From assembly GCA_951406725.2 (NCBI GenBank), contig OX597838.1:32116001-32180000 (forward strand): a DNA stretch of 64,000 nucleotides. Reading direction: 5' to 3'. Under the pieces are notes generated by a model, which did no database searches, was not told where the DNA came from, and saw only the letters and a program-made list of their open reading frames with translations. This document shows positions 11,721-46,220 of the stretch, in pieces (position 1 is the first letter of the stretch; the number at the start of each line of letters is the position of its first letter). The DNA comes from Octopus vulgaris. Its lineage: Eukaryota. The translations under genes were made by a program, and so were the position numbers.

Positions 11721-12611
11721 TAAGATTGAAAAATATCCGCCTTGTTTGTAAAAAATTTTGAACCTAGGTTTGTACCCGGAAAACAAATTTTCCCACACTT
11801 CTGACACTGTCAGCAAGTGAGAGATTGAGGGTTCAAATCCCTGTTACTTCCTCTTTCAAATATCTAATATCATTTGCTTTAATATGTTAGTAGTTAATCC
11901 AGTTTAACATTCTAGATAATCCTACAACTAATCCCATGGATATCAATGGTTTAGTAATTAATGGATTAGAACTGAATGGGTCTGTAATAAGTGGGTCACT
12001 GCTTAATGGGTTGTTAGTCAATGGTTCAATACTTAACGAGTCAATTTCTAAATGAGTCTATTTCTTAGTGTCAATAATTAACAAGTCAATTATTTTATGA
12101 CCTAATTTGTTATGAGTTAATTATCTGCTGTTGATTTTTGTTATGGTCTGTAGTAGTTGTAGCAGCAGCAGTAATAGTAGTAGTAGTAGTAGCAGCAGCA
12201 GCAGCAGTATGGAGGCATGCACTGTAATAGCCCATTGTTGCCACCACTGTTTGTTGGTGATACCCTATCTCTGGCAAGCAGCACCTTTGCCCCATTCAGG
12301 TGATAACCCTCACACCTATGGGTCTATTTGGGTAGTCTTTGCTAGGGAGGGTTTCATAGGGGTCAGAGCGTAAATCTTACCTCAACCTCTTTTTACAACA
12401 TGCCCTTTTTACAACATGCAGAGGAAACATTGGGTCTATTCTTTGACATGCCTGTCACAGAATGTGACAAGGCTGGCCCTTTGTGAATTACAGGTACGGC
12501 TCATTTATGCCAGCTGAGTGGAATGAGGCAATGTGAAATCGAGTGTCTTGCTCAAGGACACACTGCATCGCCAGGAATCAAACTCCCAATCGTAATCCAA
12601 ATACACAAACC

Positions 12612-12836
12612 TTTTTCTTTACTACCCACAAGGGGCTAAACACAGAGAGGACAAACAAGGACAGACAAACGGATTAAGTCGATTATATCGACCCCAGTGC
12701 GTAACTGGTACTTATTTAATCGACCCCAAAAGGATGAAAGGCAAAGTCGACCTCGGCGGAATTTGAACTCAGAACATAGCGGCAGATGAAATACCGCTAA
12801 GCATTTCGCCCGGTGTGCTAACGTTTCTGCCAGCTC
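12612..12836 (-). mobile_element. SINE family C
   Basis: Reverse complement of 49151-49380. Confidence 0.8.
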
Positions 12837-13310
12837 CAAATACACAAACCAGTAAGCCATGTGCCTTCGCTCTGATTAATTATACGACAGACATAATTAT
12901 CAATTATACGATACAAAGAATTCAGCTGAAGTTTGGCTAAGTTTGTCTGGTATTAGACATAAACTTCTCCACATTTAAGAGCATCATTTGATCATTTTTA
13001 TCAATGAAGGCTGCCACTTTACCTGAGCCTTGCTTTTCACTTGTATGTATGTGTCTTTTACTTGTTTTAGTCATTAGACTGCAGTCATGCTCGAGCACCT
13101 CCCTGAACTTTTAGCTCAACTCCAGTAATTGTTTATTTTAAAGCCTGGTATTTATTCTATTGGTCCCTTTTCCTGAACCACTAAGTCACAAGGCCTTGGT
13201 CAGTAGAAGAAAACTTTCCCAAGGTACCAGGCAGTGGGTTTGAACTCAGAAGTGTGTGGTTGGGAAGCAAACTTCTTACCACACGGCCACGTCTGTGCTT
13301 ATTATATATA

Positions 13311-13400
<90 letters not shown>

Positions 13401-13401
13401 T

Positions 13402-13665
<264 letters not shown>

Positions 13666-13765
13666 CTACTTAAGCTTACCATGAAATGGTCTTTTTCATG
13701 CCAAATTCTACTTGGTAAAATTACTGATTACTTCTTAATTAATTAATTTTACCCTGTTTATATTA

Positions 13766-14068
13766 GAGGCACAATGACCCAGTGGTTAGGGCAGCGGACT
13801 CGCGGTCATAGGATCGCGGTTTCGATTCCCAGACCGGGCGTTGTGAGTGTTTATTGAGCGAAAACACCTAAAGCTCCACGAGTCTCCGGCAGGGGGTGGT
13901 GGCAATCCCTGCTGTACTCTTTCACCACAACTTACTCTCACTCTTTCTTCTGTTGGCCTGCTCGCTTAGCCAGCGGGGTGGCGTCATTTGAAGGCTAAAA
14001 CAATGCGAAGCGCATTGTGACCAGTGATGTGTAGCAACATCTGATAGCCGGGTCGGTCACCGGTGATG

Positions 14069-14072
<4 letters not shown>
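13766..14072 (+). mobile_element. tRNA-derived SINE family D
   Basis: Head gaggcacaatgacccagtggttagggcagcggactcgcgg...ggtttcgattccc; second copy at 42041-42420. Confidence 0.75.
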
Positions 14073-14116
<44 letters not shown>

Positions 14117-14536
14117 CATATGGTATAGATGTTCTTGAAATTAAAAAAGACATCAAAAACCTGACTCAATTCTTCTAAGAATATAGAATTTATTAAGCAT
14201 AAGGTAAGACAGTGATTTCAGAAGTTTCACCAAGAACAGAATATCCAGACATTTTTTGGAGCTTCAAAATCACACACACACACACATGCATACTTAAATA
14301 TATATGCACACATACCTACATATGAATGGATATTTTGTTTAACAAAAAATTTTCTTCTTTAAATCTCAGTTTAGGATTTGGAAGTGGTCCTCCATGTGAT
14401 GTCTTTCTGAGGCTCACAGCCACCCGGATACACACACAGAGAAATCGTGTCTACACACACACACCCACAGAGTCACAGACACGCACGCACATCAATCGTC
14501 CCTCCTCATAGCACTGATTGAGTAGCAGCAAGCAGA

Positions 14537-14606
14537 GACGTCAACTGACCAATTTTGGTGAGAAGAACTTGCCTGGTCAGAAGGGAATGCAACTCGGCGC
14601 CACGTG
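14537..14606 (+). promoter_or_regulatory. Candidate proximal promoter motifs of the spermidine-synthase-like gene
   Basis: GACGTCA (CRE-like) at 14537-14543, CCAAT at 14549-14553 and E-box CACGTG at 14601-14606, in a locally CpG-rich stretch 140-210 bp upstream of the ATG. Confidence 0.4.
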
Positions 14607-14746
14607 TTGCCCGACGGACCACAACACCACCACCTCTGCTGCTGCCATTCGTCATTTGATCAAGGCCGCCACGCCTTCCGCTGTTGACTTGCGTTTTCAT
14701 CTTTGTTGGGAATTTGGTGGCCACATTGAGTTTCGTGATAGAAGTC

Positions 14747-34287
<19,541 letters not shown>

Positions 34288-34387
34288 AATGACGGTCATG
34301 AGCACTATAAACCAACATGTAGCAATATTAATTTAGCCATAGACCAATGTAATTGTAAGCCATGTAGCTCTGTAATATTTCAACTGC

Positions 34388-34393
34388 AATAAA
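34388..34393 (+). terminator. Candidate polyadenylation signal of the spermidine synthase-like gene
   Basis: AATAAA downstream of the stop codon, followed by T/GT-rich sequence. Confidence 0.5.
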
Positions 34394-34471
34394 CATCACT
34401 GACCAACAATGCACTTGTGCAGGTTACTCCTTTTTTATACCCACCCCCTCTGTAGGTGAGGCACAGAAGGA

Positions 34472-34522
<51 letters not shown>

Positions 34523-37035
34523 CTATATATATAAACCAACCACATTCTTTCTGCAATTCAATTATATAAACAGACAGAAACATTTTCTGATATATTATGG
34601 AATTTTTTTTTTTTAGTGTTTTGAGTCTTTTTTTAAATTTTTATTATTAAAACATTCCTCCAAACTCGTTAACTTATGCAATTAAAGATCTTCTCCTTTG
34701 CTCCCCCCCCTCCCTCCCTCCCTAATTCATTCTGCTTTGTTCTATTTCACACGAGGGACACACAGACGCCATTTATTGCAATCTTAATAGTTCTTTGATC
34801 CGCAGACACCTCATCTGCCTCCTCCTCCTCGTTTCTCTCTCCCTCTCTCTACGCGCAGACACACACACACACGTGCAGGCCACACCTGCAACCACCCACC
34901 TCAGATGTTACTGATTCTCTTTTTTTTTTTCTTTTTGTTTTTTTTTTACCATTCTCTTTACAATTTCTCCAAAAAACGAGAAAAGTGAATGTCGTTCCTG
35001 TTAAGAATTGAAACCGGATCCCATCTCTTGCTTTTACTTCTTTCTTAAACATTTTGCTGCGCCACACCAACCACCTACCACAACATGCTATATACATGTG
35101 TATGCATACATACACACGCACACACGACAATGTGTGTGTGTGTGTGTTCAGGGCTGCGTTGGTGTGTGTGTGTGTGTGTGTATATATGAGACAATGCCTC
35201 CACAGGACTATGTGAGTGAAAGTGTGCATGAGGCTGTGAAGTGTGTGACGATGTGCACGTGTGTGTGTGTGTGTGTGTGGATAAGTGGATGGATGAAGTG
35301 AAAAGAGACCACGGTCCACCCCTCCCACCACAAAACTGGATATGTTATATGAAGGGGAGGAGAGGGAGGTGCTTAAATGGTAGTCGCACAATTAGACAAG
35401 AGGGGAGGAGGAGGAGGTGCTTAAGTGGTAGACCCACAATTAGACAAGAGGGGAGGAGGTGCTTAAGTGGTAGACCCACAATTAGACAAGAGATGAAACA
35501 TACAGCAAGCCCCCCCCCCCCCACTTCACCAAAGGACACACTGGTTATTCTTTCCTTTCTCGTGAAATCGGAACTCAAAACCACGGAGTCACAGGCTGCT
35601 CTGCTACCACCCACCCCATCAAGCTTTCTGATGTCTACCATGTTAAGATTACAACCTTCCTGAACCAGTTTCCCGATGTTTAAGCTGGGATGGGGTGGGT
35701 GGGAAGGAGAAATACGAGGGTTCAACTGTCTTGATAAGGACAGAGTACTGGAGCCAAGATGCCTCCCCCAGGGGAAACAGCTGAAGCAAAATCGGTGTGC
35801 TAACATAATTGCAGATCTGTGCCTTTCCTATAGCCATGGTGCCTACTGGCAGCTGGGTGGACTATGGCATAAGCCACACAACCCACAAAATGTGCAATGA
35901 CCCCACTCCCAACCACCCAACACTACTACCCTTCCAGCGACGGACCAACAGGGATGGTCTAGCAAGGACTCTCCAGCCAGTGTCTCAATGTTGTTCATTT
36001 TGTCTGGGTCTTTGATGAGGAGATAAACCCCTTCACACACCACAAGCACAGGTTGCTAAGCTATCCTCCGTCAGCCAAGTAGACTGAGGCAATAGAATAG
36101 CTGAAGGTTTTCCTCTTAACCACTCCCAGTTCCTATTGACTAAGGAGCAAGAAGGGGGATAAACCCCTTCAGCTGATTCTAAAGCAGAGCCTTCACACAC
36201 TGCATGGCACCGGAAGAATGTTGAGATCAACATCATTGGAACCCAGGTTTGGACATTCTCATCATCATCATCATCATCATTTAACATCCATGGATTGGAC
36301 CAAGAAAATTTAGAAGGACATTTGATTGTTATAGGCTGATATGTGGACCTAAACCTGCGGTCAAAGAAAGGGGTTGTTAAGAGATGATAGAATTCTGAGC
36401 CCAGAAAAACAACAGCAGAGAGAATTTTGAACTCATGACCTTCCAATTTATCTGACAGTCTTGATTTCTAGAAATTACATAAGAGGGGTGGGTGTGTTAG
36501 GGAGTCAGTTCTTTAGTTGCTTCAACTCCATCGAGAGAACTGGCCATGCTGGGATTTTCTCCATCCCTCCTCCTCTCATTAAATCGAACCCACCCACCCT
36601 TCACTACCACCACCCCACCTATCATTTTCAGCAGATTTAAGTTAAATAAGAAAAAAAAAATCCATTTCTGAATCAGTGTGTGAGTGGATGTGAGAGGGAT
36701 GAGGGGGAGACAGAAGAGGGAGAAAGAGAGAGAGAGAGGGGTGAGGGGGAATAAAAAGAGAAACAAGACTCCAAACAATCCTTAGGGTCCACTGCACACA
36801 CACGGCTGCTGCTGCCAGAGCGGACAGAATAGTGGTAGGGGTGGTGGTGGTGGCGGTAGTTTGAGAGTGAGGGTGTGAGGAGATACAATCAGAGAGTGAG
36901 CTGGGTGGGGCAGAGCGGATGTGGTTCTCTCCACTGCATGGCAACTGCTACCTGAAGTGGTGGTGGTGGTGGCGGTGATGGCAATTGTAGAGGAAGGAGG
37001 TGGTGGTGGTGTTTGGCTGGAGGTGGTGGGGGTAT

Positions 37036-37158
37036 TCAGAGATGCAGAGAACTGAGGTACTCCAGCTTGTGATGTAAAAGGTCCGTGACTTGGTGAGCAG
37101 ACTGTTGATAGCTCTCTTCAACTCTCTTCCACATCATCATCTCCATGGCAACATCCTC
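37036..37158 (-). CDS. NAA25: NAA25 terminal coding exon (EDVAMEMMMWKRVEESYQQS...LSSLHL*)
   Basis: ttttttag acceptor; TGA at 37036-37038. Confidence 0.88.
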   Translation of the reverse strand, partial: EDVAMEMMMWKRVEESYQQSAHQVTDLLHHKLEYLSSLHL

Positions 37159-39886
37159 CTAAAAAAATAGATCAATGGTTAGAATATAAATAAAAGAAAA
37201 GATGATAAAAAAAAAGCATTTAATTCAAACAGAATTACAGATTTGTTGAGAAATAATGCATAAAGCTCCTTAACAGCTGTTTCTAGACTAGCTGAGCACA
37301 AGGTACGTAAGTCACTGAACAAAGATTTCCACATAAAGCCAATTTTATATATCAGCATCATCATCATCGTTATGTGACGTTTGCTTTCCATGCTGGCAGG
37401 GATCGGACAGTTCGACTGAGAACGGACAAGCTGGGAGGCTGTACCAGGCTCCAGTCAGATTGGAGCCTGGTGCAACCTCCCAGCTGGCCAGTTCTCAGTC
37501 AAACTGTCCAATCCATGCCAGCATGGAAAGTGAACATTAAGCAACAACAACAATGATGATGATGATATATACACACACACACACACAGCAAGACACAAAT
37601 ACTACTGTTAAAACTAGTGTAACCATTTAGCATTTAAACTGGCAAAACCAGCACAAATATTCTCCTTGTCATCATCATCATCGTTTAACGTCCATTTTCC
37701 ATGCTAGCATGGGTTGGACGGTTTAACTGGGGTCTGGGAAGCCAGGAGGTTGCGCCAGGCCCAGTCTGATCTGGCAGAGTTTCTACAGCTGGATGCCCTT
37801 CCTAACGCCAACCACTCCGAGAGTGTAGTGGGTGCTTTTTATGTGCCACCTGCACAGGTGCCAGACAAGACTGGCAAACGGCCACGATCGGATGGTGCTT
37901 ATTTCATTCAAACTGGCCACATCTAACCTCTCACACCTACCCTACACTGTTATTCTAAAAATGAGCAATTACATTATTGAAACCTCAAAGCTACAAGATA
38001 ATGCAAGGTTAAATCAAAACAAGTTGAATGAAAAAGCGTTACACTTCACAGAATATTCTGAATGCCAAAGAGTTAAAGCGAAAGACCCTCACACACACAT
38101 TTGATGGTATAAAAAAGTGCATCCCAAATTCAGGACGAAAGGTTTCTTTTTTTAGAGCATTAAAACAGGTAATAAGCCAAATTTGCATAAAGGACCTGGG
38201 GTGATTTTTGGAAACCCTTTTTTCACGATAAAAAGTGTGCCTTGCAATGCCATCAAATATGGTGTGTGAGAAAGTGTGTATGGACACACTGTTTACATAT
38301 ATATACAGACTCACCTCTTCCGAAGAGATACTCTCAGTCAAGTTGAGATGATGTAAATTCAATAACTTAAACACTGGATTAATATCTGTGACAGCTTTAT
38401 GGAGTTCGTGTGTTGACTTTTCCAAACTTGCTGTTAGGTTGTTGAAATTTTCAAAGGTTTTTGGCTGCAAAACAACAGAAGACACAAAACGGTAAGCAGA
38501 ACGAAAGACATTGACAAAGTGTGTCCCCACACGGACATGCAATGGTTTACTAGCTGACAGAATCGTTAGCACGCCGGGCGAAATGCTTAGCGGTATTTCG
38601 TCTGCATTACGTTGTGAGTTCAAATTCCGCCGAGGTCGACTTTGCCTTTCATCCTTTCGGGGTCGATAAATTAAGTACCAGTTGCGCACTGGGGTCGATG
38701 TAATCAACTTAATACCTATGTCTGTCCTTGTTTGTCCCCTCTGTGTTTAGCCCCTTGTGGGTAATAAAGAAATAGGTTTACTAGACTGTCCGTGTGTGTG
38801 TGTGTGTGTGTATACATAGATACAAAGTCTGTTCAATAAGTATCTGGACTGTTGCCATAGTGATGAAGCTAAAGCACACAGGGTGAAGTCGCTTGGCACA
38901 GGCTGACCTTGAACTCTGCAGTGCATGAACTGAAAGTGGGGCCTGGAGACAGAAACAATCCCTATAATAATAGGATCTTTTGAATATGGTCAAAAATCGT
39001 ACAGGTAAATATATAACCAAAATACCAGGGTTTATGAATGTATATAATATAGAGAAAACTGCACTACCAGGCACACACACACACAAAGCACTTTTGACAC
39101 AGTAGAAATACCACCAGCAAAACAAAGCAGAGCAGAAAGCCAAGACACACGAAGCTGCTTTCAAGTAAGGCAGTGAAAACGTAATAAAAATAAGACTATT
39201 GAATAATAATAATAATAATAATCTTTTCTACTAAAGACTCAAGGCCTGAAATCTTGGGGGAAGGGCTAGTCAATTATATCAACCCCAGTATGTTACTGGT
39301 ACTTATTTCATCACCCTGAAAGGATGAAGAGTAAAGTCGACCTTGGCAGAATTTGAACTCAGAACATAAAGAGCAACAAAATACCACTAAGCTCACCACA
39401 GCATCGTTGTTGTCGTCATCATCATCATCATCATTTAACGTCCGTTCTCCATGCTAGCATGGGTTGGACAGTTCGACCGGGGTCTGGGAAGCCAGGAGGC
39501 TGCAACAGGCTCAAGTCTGATCTGGCAGTGGTTCTACAGCAGGATGCCCTTCCTAATGCCAACCACTCTGTGAGTGTAGTGGGTGCTTTTAAAGTGCCAC
39601 CAACACGAGTGCCAGGGGAGGCTGGCAAACAGCCACAATCGGTTGGTGCTATGTGCCACCAGCACTTTTAATAATAATAATCCTTTCTACCAAAGGCAGG
39701 TGGCCTGAAATTCGAGGGGAGGGGGTTAGTCAATTACACAGATCCCAGCGCTCGCTCAACTGTTGTCTAATTTATCAACCATGAAAGGATGAAAGACAAG
39801 GTTGACCTTGGCAGAATTCAAATACACAATGTAAAGAATTGGAAGAAATCCTGCAACACATTTTGTGAAATCCTTCAAGAATTCTA

Positions 39887-39919
<33 letters not shown>

Positions 39920-42900
39920 GTGAACAAAATCCACTGACCTGGGGTATATTTAATTCTTTCTTCTTTTTGTTCTTCTTCACCCAAGATGTCTTCATGGGTT
40001 TCAATATACGATGGCAGACAGCTGCCAGAATGGTAATATGTGAGATGGTCTTGAAATGGAGAAGAGAAATCAGACATTACAAACGGTTAAATGAGAGACG
40101 GTGATGGAATGGAGAATATAAATAAAACATCACAATTTACAAATTGTAACTTAAACAAAAAAACACATATTTTCAGTAGTTTTTGAAACCACAACAAAAC
40201 CCTGGTCCCTGGCCCAAACCTTCGGCTCACCTATAATGCCCTGGTCCCTAGCCCAAACCTTCGGCTCACCTATAATGCCCTGGTCCCTGGCCCAAACCTT
40301 CGGCTCACCTATAATGCCTTGGTCCCTGGCCCAAACCTTCGGCTCACCAACAATGCCCTGATCTCTGGCCCAAACCCTTGACTCACCAACAATGCCCTGA
40401 TCCCTGGCCCAAACCCTTTGCTCACCTATAATACCCTGATCCCTGGCTCAAACCTTCGGCTCACCTATAATGCCCTGGTCCCTGGCCCAAACCCTTGGCT
40501 CACCTACAATGCCCTGATCCCTGGCCCAAACCTTTGGCTCACCTATAATGTCTTGGTCCCTGGCCCAAACTTTTGGCTCACCTATAATGCCTTTGTCCCT
40601 AGCCCAAACCTTCGGCTCACCTACAATGCCCTGATCCCTGGCCCAAACCCTTGGCTCACCTATAATGCCCTGGTCCCTGGCCCAAACCTTCGGCTCACCT
40701 ACAATGCCCTGGTCCCTGGCCCAAACCTTCGGCTCACCTACAATGCCCTGGTCCCTGGCCCAAACCCTTGGCTCACCTACAATTCCCTGATCCCTGGCCC
40801 AAACCCTTGGCTCACTTCAATGCCCTGGTCCCTGGCCCAAACCTTCGGCTCACCTACAATGCCCTGGTCCCTGGTCCAAACCTTTGTTTCACCTATAATG
40901 CTTTTATCCCTAGCCCAAACCTTCAGCTCACCTACAATGCCCTGATCCCTGGCCCAAACCCTTGGCTCACCTACAATGCCTTTTATCATCACAGGGGAAG
41001 CGGAATCTTATTTCATCCAAGGACATATTGTCTGTGGTGCTGCTGCAAGAGGGAAGGGTAGCTTATATCATCCCAAGGGGTAGAGACCTTATCCTGTCCT
41101 GAAAAAGCAAACTCAGGGTCGAGTGAGTTGCAGCTGGCTGAGTCCATGAGTTTACAGTTTATAAACCATTTGCATTGCACTAAAGCTTAATCCAGGTAAG
41201 TACAAATAGGCACCACAAGGAGGTACAGGTTACTCAACAGTCAACTGCTTATCAATGACGAGGAAAGGTCTCTCTTACAACAGAATCAACAGACCAGCTT
41301 TTCTACACAACTCCTTGACAAGATTCCTACGATCCGCCCCACCATTCACCGTCCATACCATTAGAGTCTGTCTGTCTGTCCTGCACCCATTGGCTCCTGT
41401 CCTGCCAGTCTCTCATTCTTACAGCATTACACAACATGAAAAACCCTACACCAGTCACCTGCCTCCACACGTCTCCTACATTCAATATCCATGTCTTGCT
41501 ACCATGTAGCTTTATATGATACATCCAACAGATCATGGACAGGTGGGACAATTAAGTATACAGGTAGGTGCATGTGTAACTAGGTAGGTAGATGAGCAGG
41601 TAGGTGGCTAATTAGGTAGGTAGCAGAGTTGGTAAACTGGAAGGTATATATATATGTAGGTAGGCAGGTACTCACCTCAGCTAAAAGCACAAGATTTTCC
41701 AGTAAAGTAAGGTTCCATGTTTTCTTACCATTCTCTTCACTGATTAAACTACATTTGTGCTTAGACACCAGACCTGTGGAGGGAGAGAGAATTAGGGTTA
41801 GAAAAGGGCGAGAGAGAGCAAGAGGCAGATGGTTGTAACAAGAGAGAGAATATAAAAAGAATGTTACCATCAACGAGAGATACTACAGTTGTCTGAATTC
41901 GTTTTTCTTCCTCTTCATCTGCTTTGTCTGGAAAAAAAGACAGAAATGAATACAAATATGTGTGTTCATACACAGGCACAGACTTTAGTTCATTTAACAG
42001 CCATTATTTCTCTGCTCGAATGTGTTGGATGGGGATGTAGTGGAGGCGCAATGGCCCAGTGGTTAGGGCAGCGGACTCGCGGTCGTAGGATCGCGGTTTC
42101 GATTCCCAGACCGGGCGTTGTGAGTGTTTATTGAGCGAAAACACCTAAAGCTCCACGAGGCTCCGGCAGGGATGGTGGTGATCCCTGCTGTACTCTTTCA
42201 CCACAACTTTCTCTCACTCTTACTTCCTGTTTCTGTTGCACCAGTATTTCAAAGGGCCGGCCTTGTCACTCTCTGTGTCACGCTGAATATCCCCGAGAAC
42301 TACGTTAAGGGTACACGTGTCTGTGGAATGCGTTAATTTCACAAGCAGGCTGTTCCATTGATCGGATGAACCGGAATCCTTGTCGTCGTAACCAACGGAG
42401 TGCTTCCAGTTGCCAATTCTTCCCCCGTTTTTCAAGAAAGGGATTATATATTCCAGAGGACTTCAAAAGCAGAGGGAGAGAGAGAGAGACACCAGTTGTC
42501 CTATTTTAAAAAGGAATGGCAACAGGAAACATCAAATCATCAGCAAAACCTTGGAATACTTACATCGATGCACATTTGTACAGATGGCACAGGCATGGCT
42601 GTGTGGTAAGAAGCTTGCTCCCCAACCACATGGTTCCAAGTTTAGTCCCATTGCGTGGCACCTAGGGCAAGTGTATTCTACTATAGCCCTGGGCTGACCA
42701 AAGCCTTGTGAGTGGATTTGGTAGACGGAAACTGAAAGAAGCCCGTCATATATATGTGTGTGTGTGTATATATATATATGTGTGTGTGTGTTTGTCCCCC
42801 ATCACCATCACTTGACAACCGATGTTGGTGCGTTTATGTCCTCGTAACTTAGCGGTTCAGCTAAGTATATATATATATGTGTGTGTGTGTCTGTGTTTGC

Positions 42901-44575
42901 CCCCCACATCATCGCTTAACAACTGATGTTGGTGTGTTTACATCCCTGTAGCTTAGCAGTTTGGCTGATGGAATAAGCACTAAGCTTACAAAGAAAAAGT
43001 CCTGGGGTGGATTTCTTTGACTAAAAACTCTTCAAAGCAGTGCTCCAGCATGGCCGCAGCCAAATGACTGAAACAAATAAAGGAATGCACACACACACAC
43101 ACACACACACATTCTTCTACGAGAATCTGCTTACAGTTTCTGCCTACCAAATCCACTCACAAGGAATAAGGCATTGATTCTCCTGGGGCACGATAGTAAA
43201 AGACACTTGTCCAAGGTGCCGCACAGTGGGACTGAACTCTAGACCATGTGGTTGCAAGGCAAATTGCTTAACCGCACACCCATGCCCTCCCCCATGCTTG
43301 GGTTAGTGTAACAGCCAAGGCGTTGATCAAAAGAGGTGTCCTGTGACACAGAGGCCTGGTTGCGTTACAAGTCTGCTATGTTACAAGTCACAGATGGTTA
43401 ACGAGGATCATTAATTATGTGTCACATATACTGAAAAGACGGCGAGCTGGCAGAATCGTTAGGACAGCGGGCGAAATGCGTAGCCGTATTTCGTCTGCCG
43501 TTACGTTCTGAGTTCAAATTCCGCCGAGGTCGACTTTGCCTTTCATCCTTTTGGGATCAATAAATTAAGTACCAGTTATGCACTGGGGTCGATATAATCG
43601 GCTTAATCCGTTTGTCTGTCCTTGTTTGTCCCCTCTCTGTTTAACCCCTTGTGGGTAGTAAAGAAATATATATTATGTACATTCATAAATCCAGGTCTTT
43701 TGGCCATATATTTAACTGTATGATTTTTTACCATAATCAAAAGCCCCTATTATAATAGGGATTGTTTCTGTCTCCAGGCCCCACATTCAAGTTATGTCTA
43801 TTTCCAGAGCTTTGTTGCTCAAGAATTTCTCCATTTCTTTTACAGAAACACTGCCATCTGTTGGGACTGATACATCATTTTTTCAAATTTAGCCCCTTGT
43901 GGGTAGTAAAGAAATACATATACTGAACTAGATCGTGGTCAGTTGTCACCCATCACAGGAAACCCCCCTCCACCCCCCCCCCCAGCAACTACCCTCGTTA
44001 TTTGGTGCAAACGATGGAATGAAACTTACCGAAACCGTTCTCGTACAAGAGGTGAATATAAAGAACATGCTCGACCATTAGCAGGAATACTTGGTGATGG
44101 TTTTGTAGGAGATACGAAGATATCCGTGTTGGATAGGGTCCATGGATGGTGTACTGGAAATAGAAACAAAGGCAACATGTGGGTGAAGCTACATTAGGAT
44201 TGCACCACATCAACATGTAGGCTTGTCCCCATGTGGCAGACAGTTAAGACAGCTTCAGGTAAGGAGACCCACGAGCAAACGAAAGGAAGAAAATCTAAAA
44301 CTAAAGACAGCACCAGGTGTTTATATTGCCTTAGACTGTGTGTACATATACGTGAGTATACATACATGTATATAATTTCATTACTCTCTACTTGTTTCAG
44401 TCATTTGACTGCGGCCATGCTGGAGCACCGCCTTTAGTCGAGCAAATCGACCCCGGGACTTATTCTTTGTAAGCCCAGTACTTATTCTATCGGTCTCTTT
44501 TGCCGAACCGCTAAGTGACGGGGACGTAAACACACCAGCATCGGTTGTCAAGCAATGCTAGGGGGACAAACACAA

Positions 44576-44622
<47 letters not shown>

Positions 44623-45871
44623 TACATACATACATATATACGACAGGCTTCTTTCAGTTTCCGTCTACCAAATCCACTCACAAGGCATTGGTTGGCCCGG
44701 GGCTATAGCAAAAGACACTTGCCCAAGATGCCACGCAGTGGGACTGAACCCGGAACCATGTGGTTGGTTAGCAAGCTACTTACCACACAGCCACTCCTGC
44801 GCCTAGGTAATATTTTAATAAGGAAAAGCAATAGAAAACTCCAGTTAAGTCGCAAGTATTTACTCACAATCAACTTTTATTTCCTGTCTTACGAGAGTTC
44901 TATGTGGCCACCACTTGCAGCACGGGTGACATCAATGCGATGAGAGACTTCCTCCCAGACGGGTATCAGCATATCATGATCCACTGAGTTGATCACTGTT
45001 TAAGGTCAGAGCACCCACATGAAACAGTTGAGCATGAAAGAGATTCTCCTAAGGTGAACGTCTCAAGACAAGGTTTATGGTCCCTTTTTCTTTGAAGGAA
45101 ACACCGTTACAGGACAGACCTACCTCAATATGCTCCAAACCTGGCTCTTCACTTCATTCATCATCATCATCATTGTTTAACGTCCGTTCTCCATGCTAGC
45201 ATGGGTTGGACGGTTCGACCGGGGATCTGGGAAGCCAGAAGGCTGCACCAGGCTCCGGTCTGATCTGGCAGTGTTTCTACAGCTGGATGCCCTTCCTAAC
45301 ACCAACCACTCCATTTGAAAGCAGATTTGCAGGACTTCATTTTTCAACAAGATGGAACCACTGCCCCATTGGCATCTGATGGTTCGAGCTTTTTTGAATG
45401 AAAAAGTGCCCCAGCGATGGATTGGTCAGAAAGAGGCCCCAAGACCTTGCTCTTTGCGCTTGGCCTGCGAGATCCCCAGACCTCACCGTGTGATTTTCTT
45501 CCTTATGGGGATATGTAAAAGATTGGGTTTATGTTCCATCACTACCCACTAACCTCGGTGACCTTAAACATCAAATAACAACAGCGATCAACTCAGAGGA
45601 TCATGATATGGTGATAGGCGTCTGGGTGGAATTCTCCTATCGCACTGACACTGCCTGTGCGGCAGGTGGTGGCCACATTGAACACTTTTTAGACAGGAAA
45701 TAAAAGCTGATTGTGACTGGAGTTTTCTATTGCTTTTAATATTAGGGAATAAATCCAAACTTACGGGGAAAAGTTAGATTTAGGATTAAATCCAATTTTA
45801 TAGTATAAATATATTATATTATATTAGATTTGCCTAATAGTGGTTTTATCTCTAATTTAATATAATATAAT

Positions 45872-45922
<51 letters not shown>

Positions 45923-46187
45923 TATATATAGCCTCGCCTGGCTCCTGTGCCAGTGGCACATAAAAAGCACCATCCGACCGTGGCTGTTTGCCAACCTCGT
46001 CTGGCACCTGTGCTGGTGGCATGTAAAAAGCACCCACTACACTCATGGAGTGGCTGGCGTTAGGAAGGGCATCCAGCCGTAGAAACATTGCCAGATCAGA
46101 CTGGGCCTGGTGCAGCCTTCTGGCTTCCCAGACCCCAGTTGAACCATCCAACCCGTGCTAGCATGGAAAGCAGACGCTAAATGATGA

Positions 46188-46220
<33 letters not shown>

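Noticed and set aside
40418-41061. 13-aa repeat ORF (LTYNALVPGPNLR)n and a CRISPR-like appearance
   Set aside because: Head-to-tail minisatellite with no unique spacers, a frameshifted unit, and antisense within an NAA25 intron.
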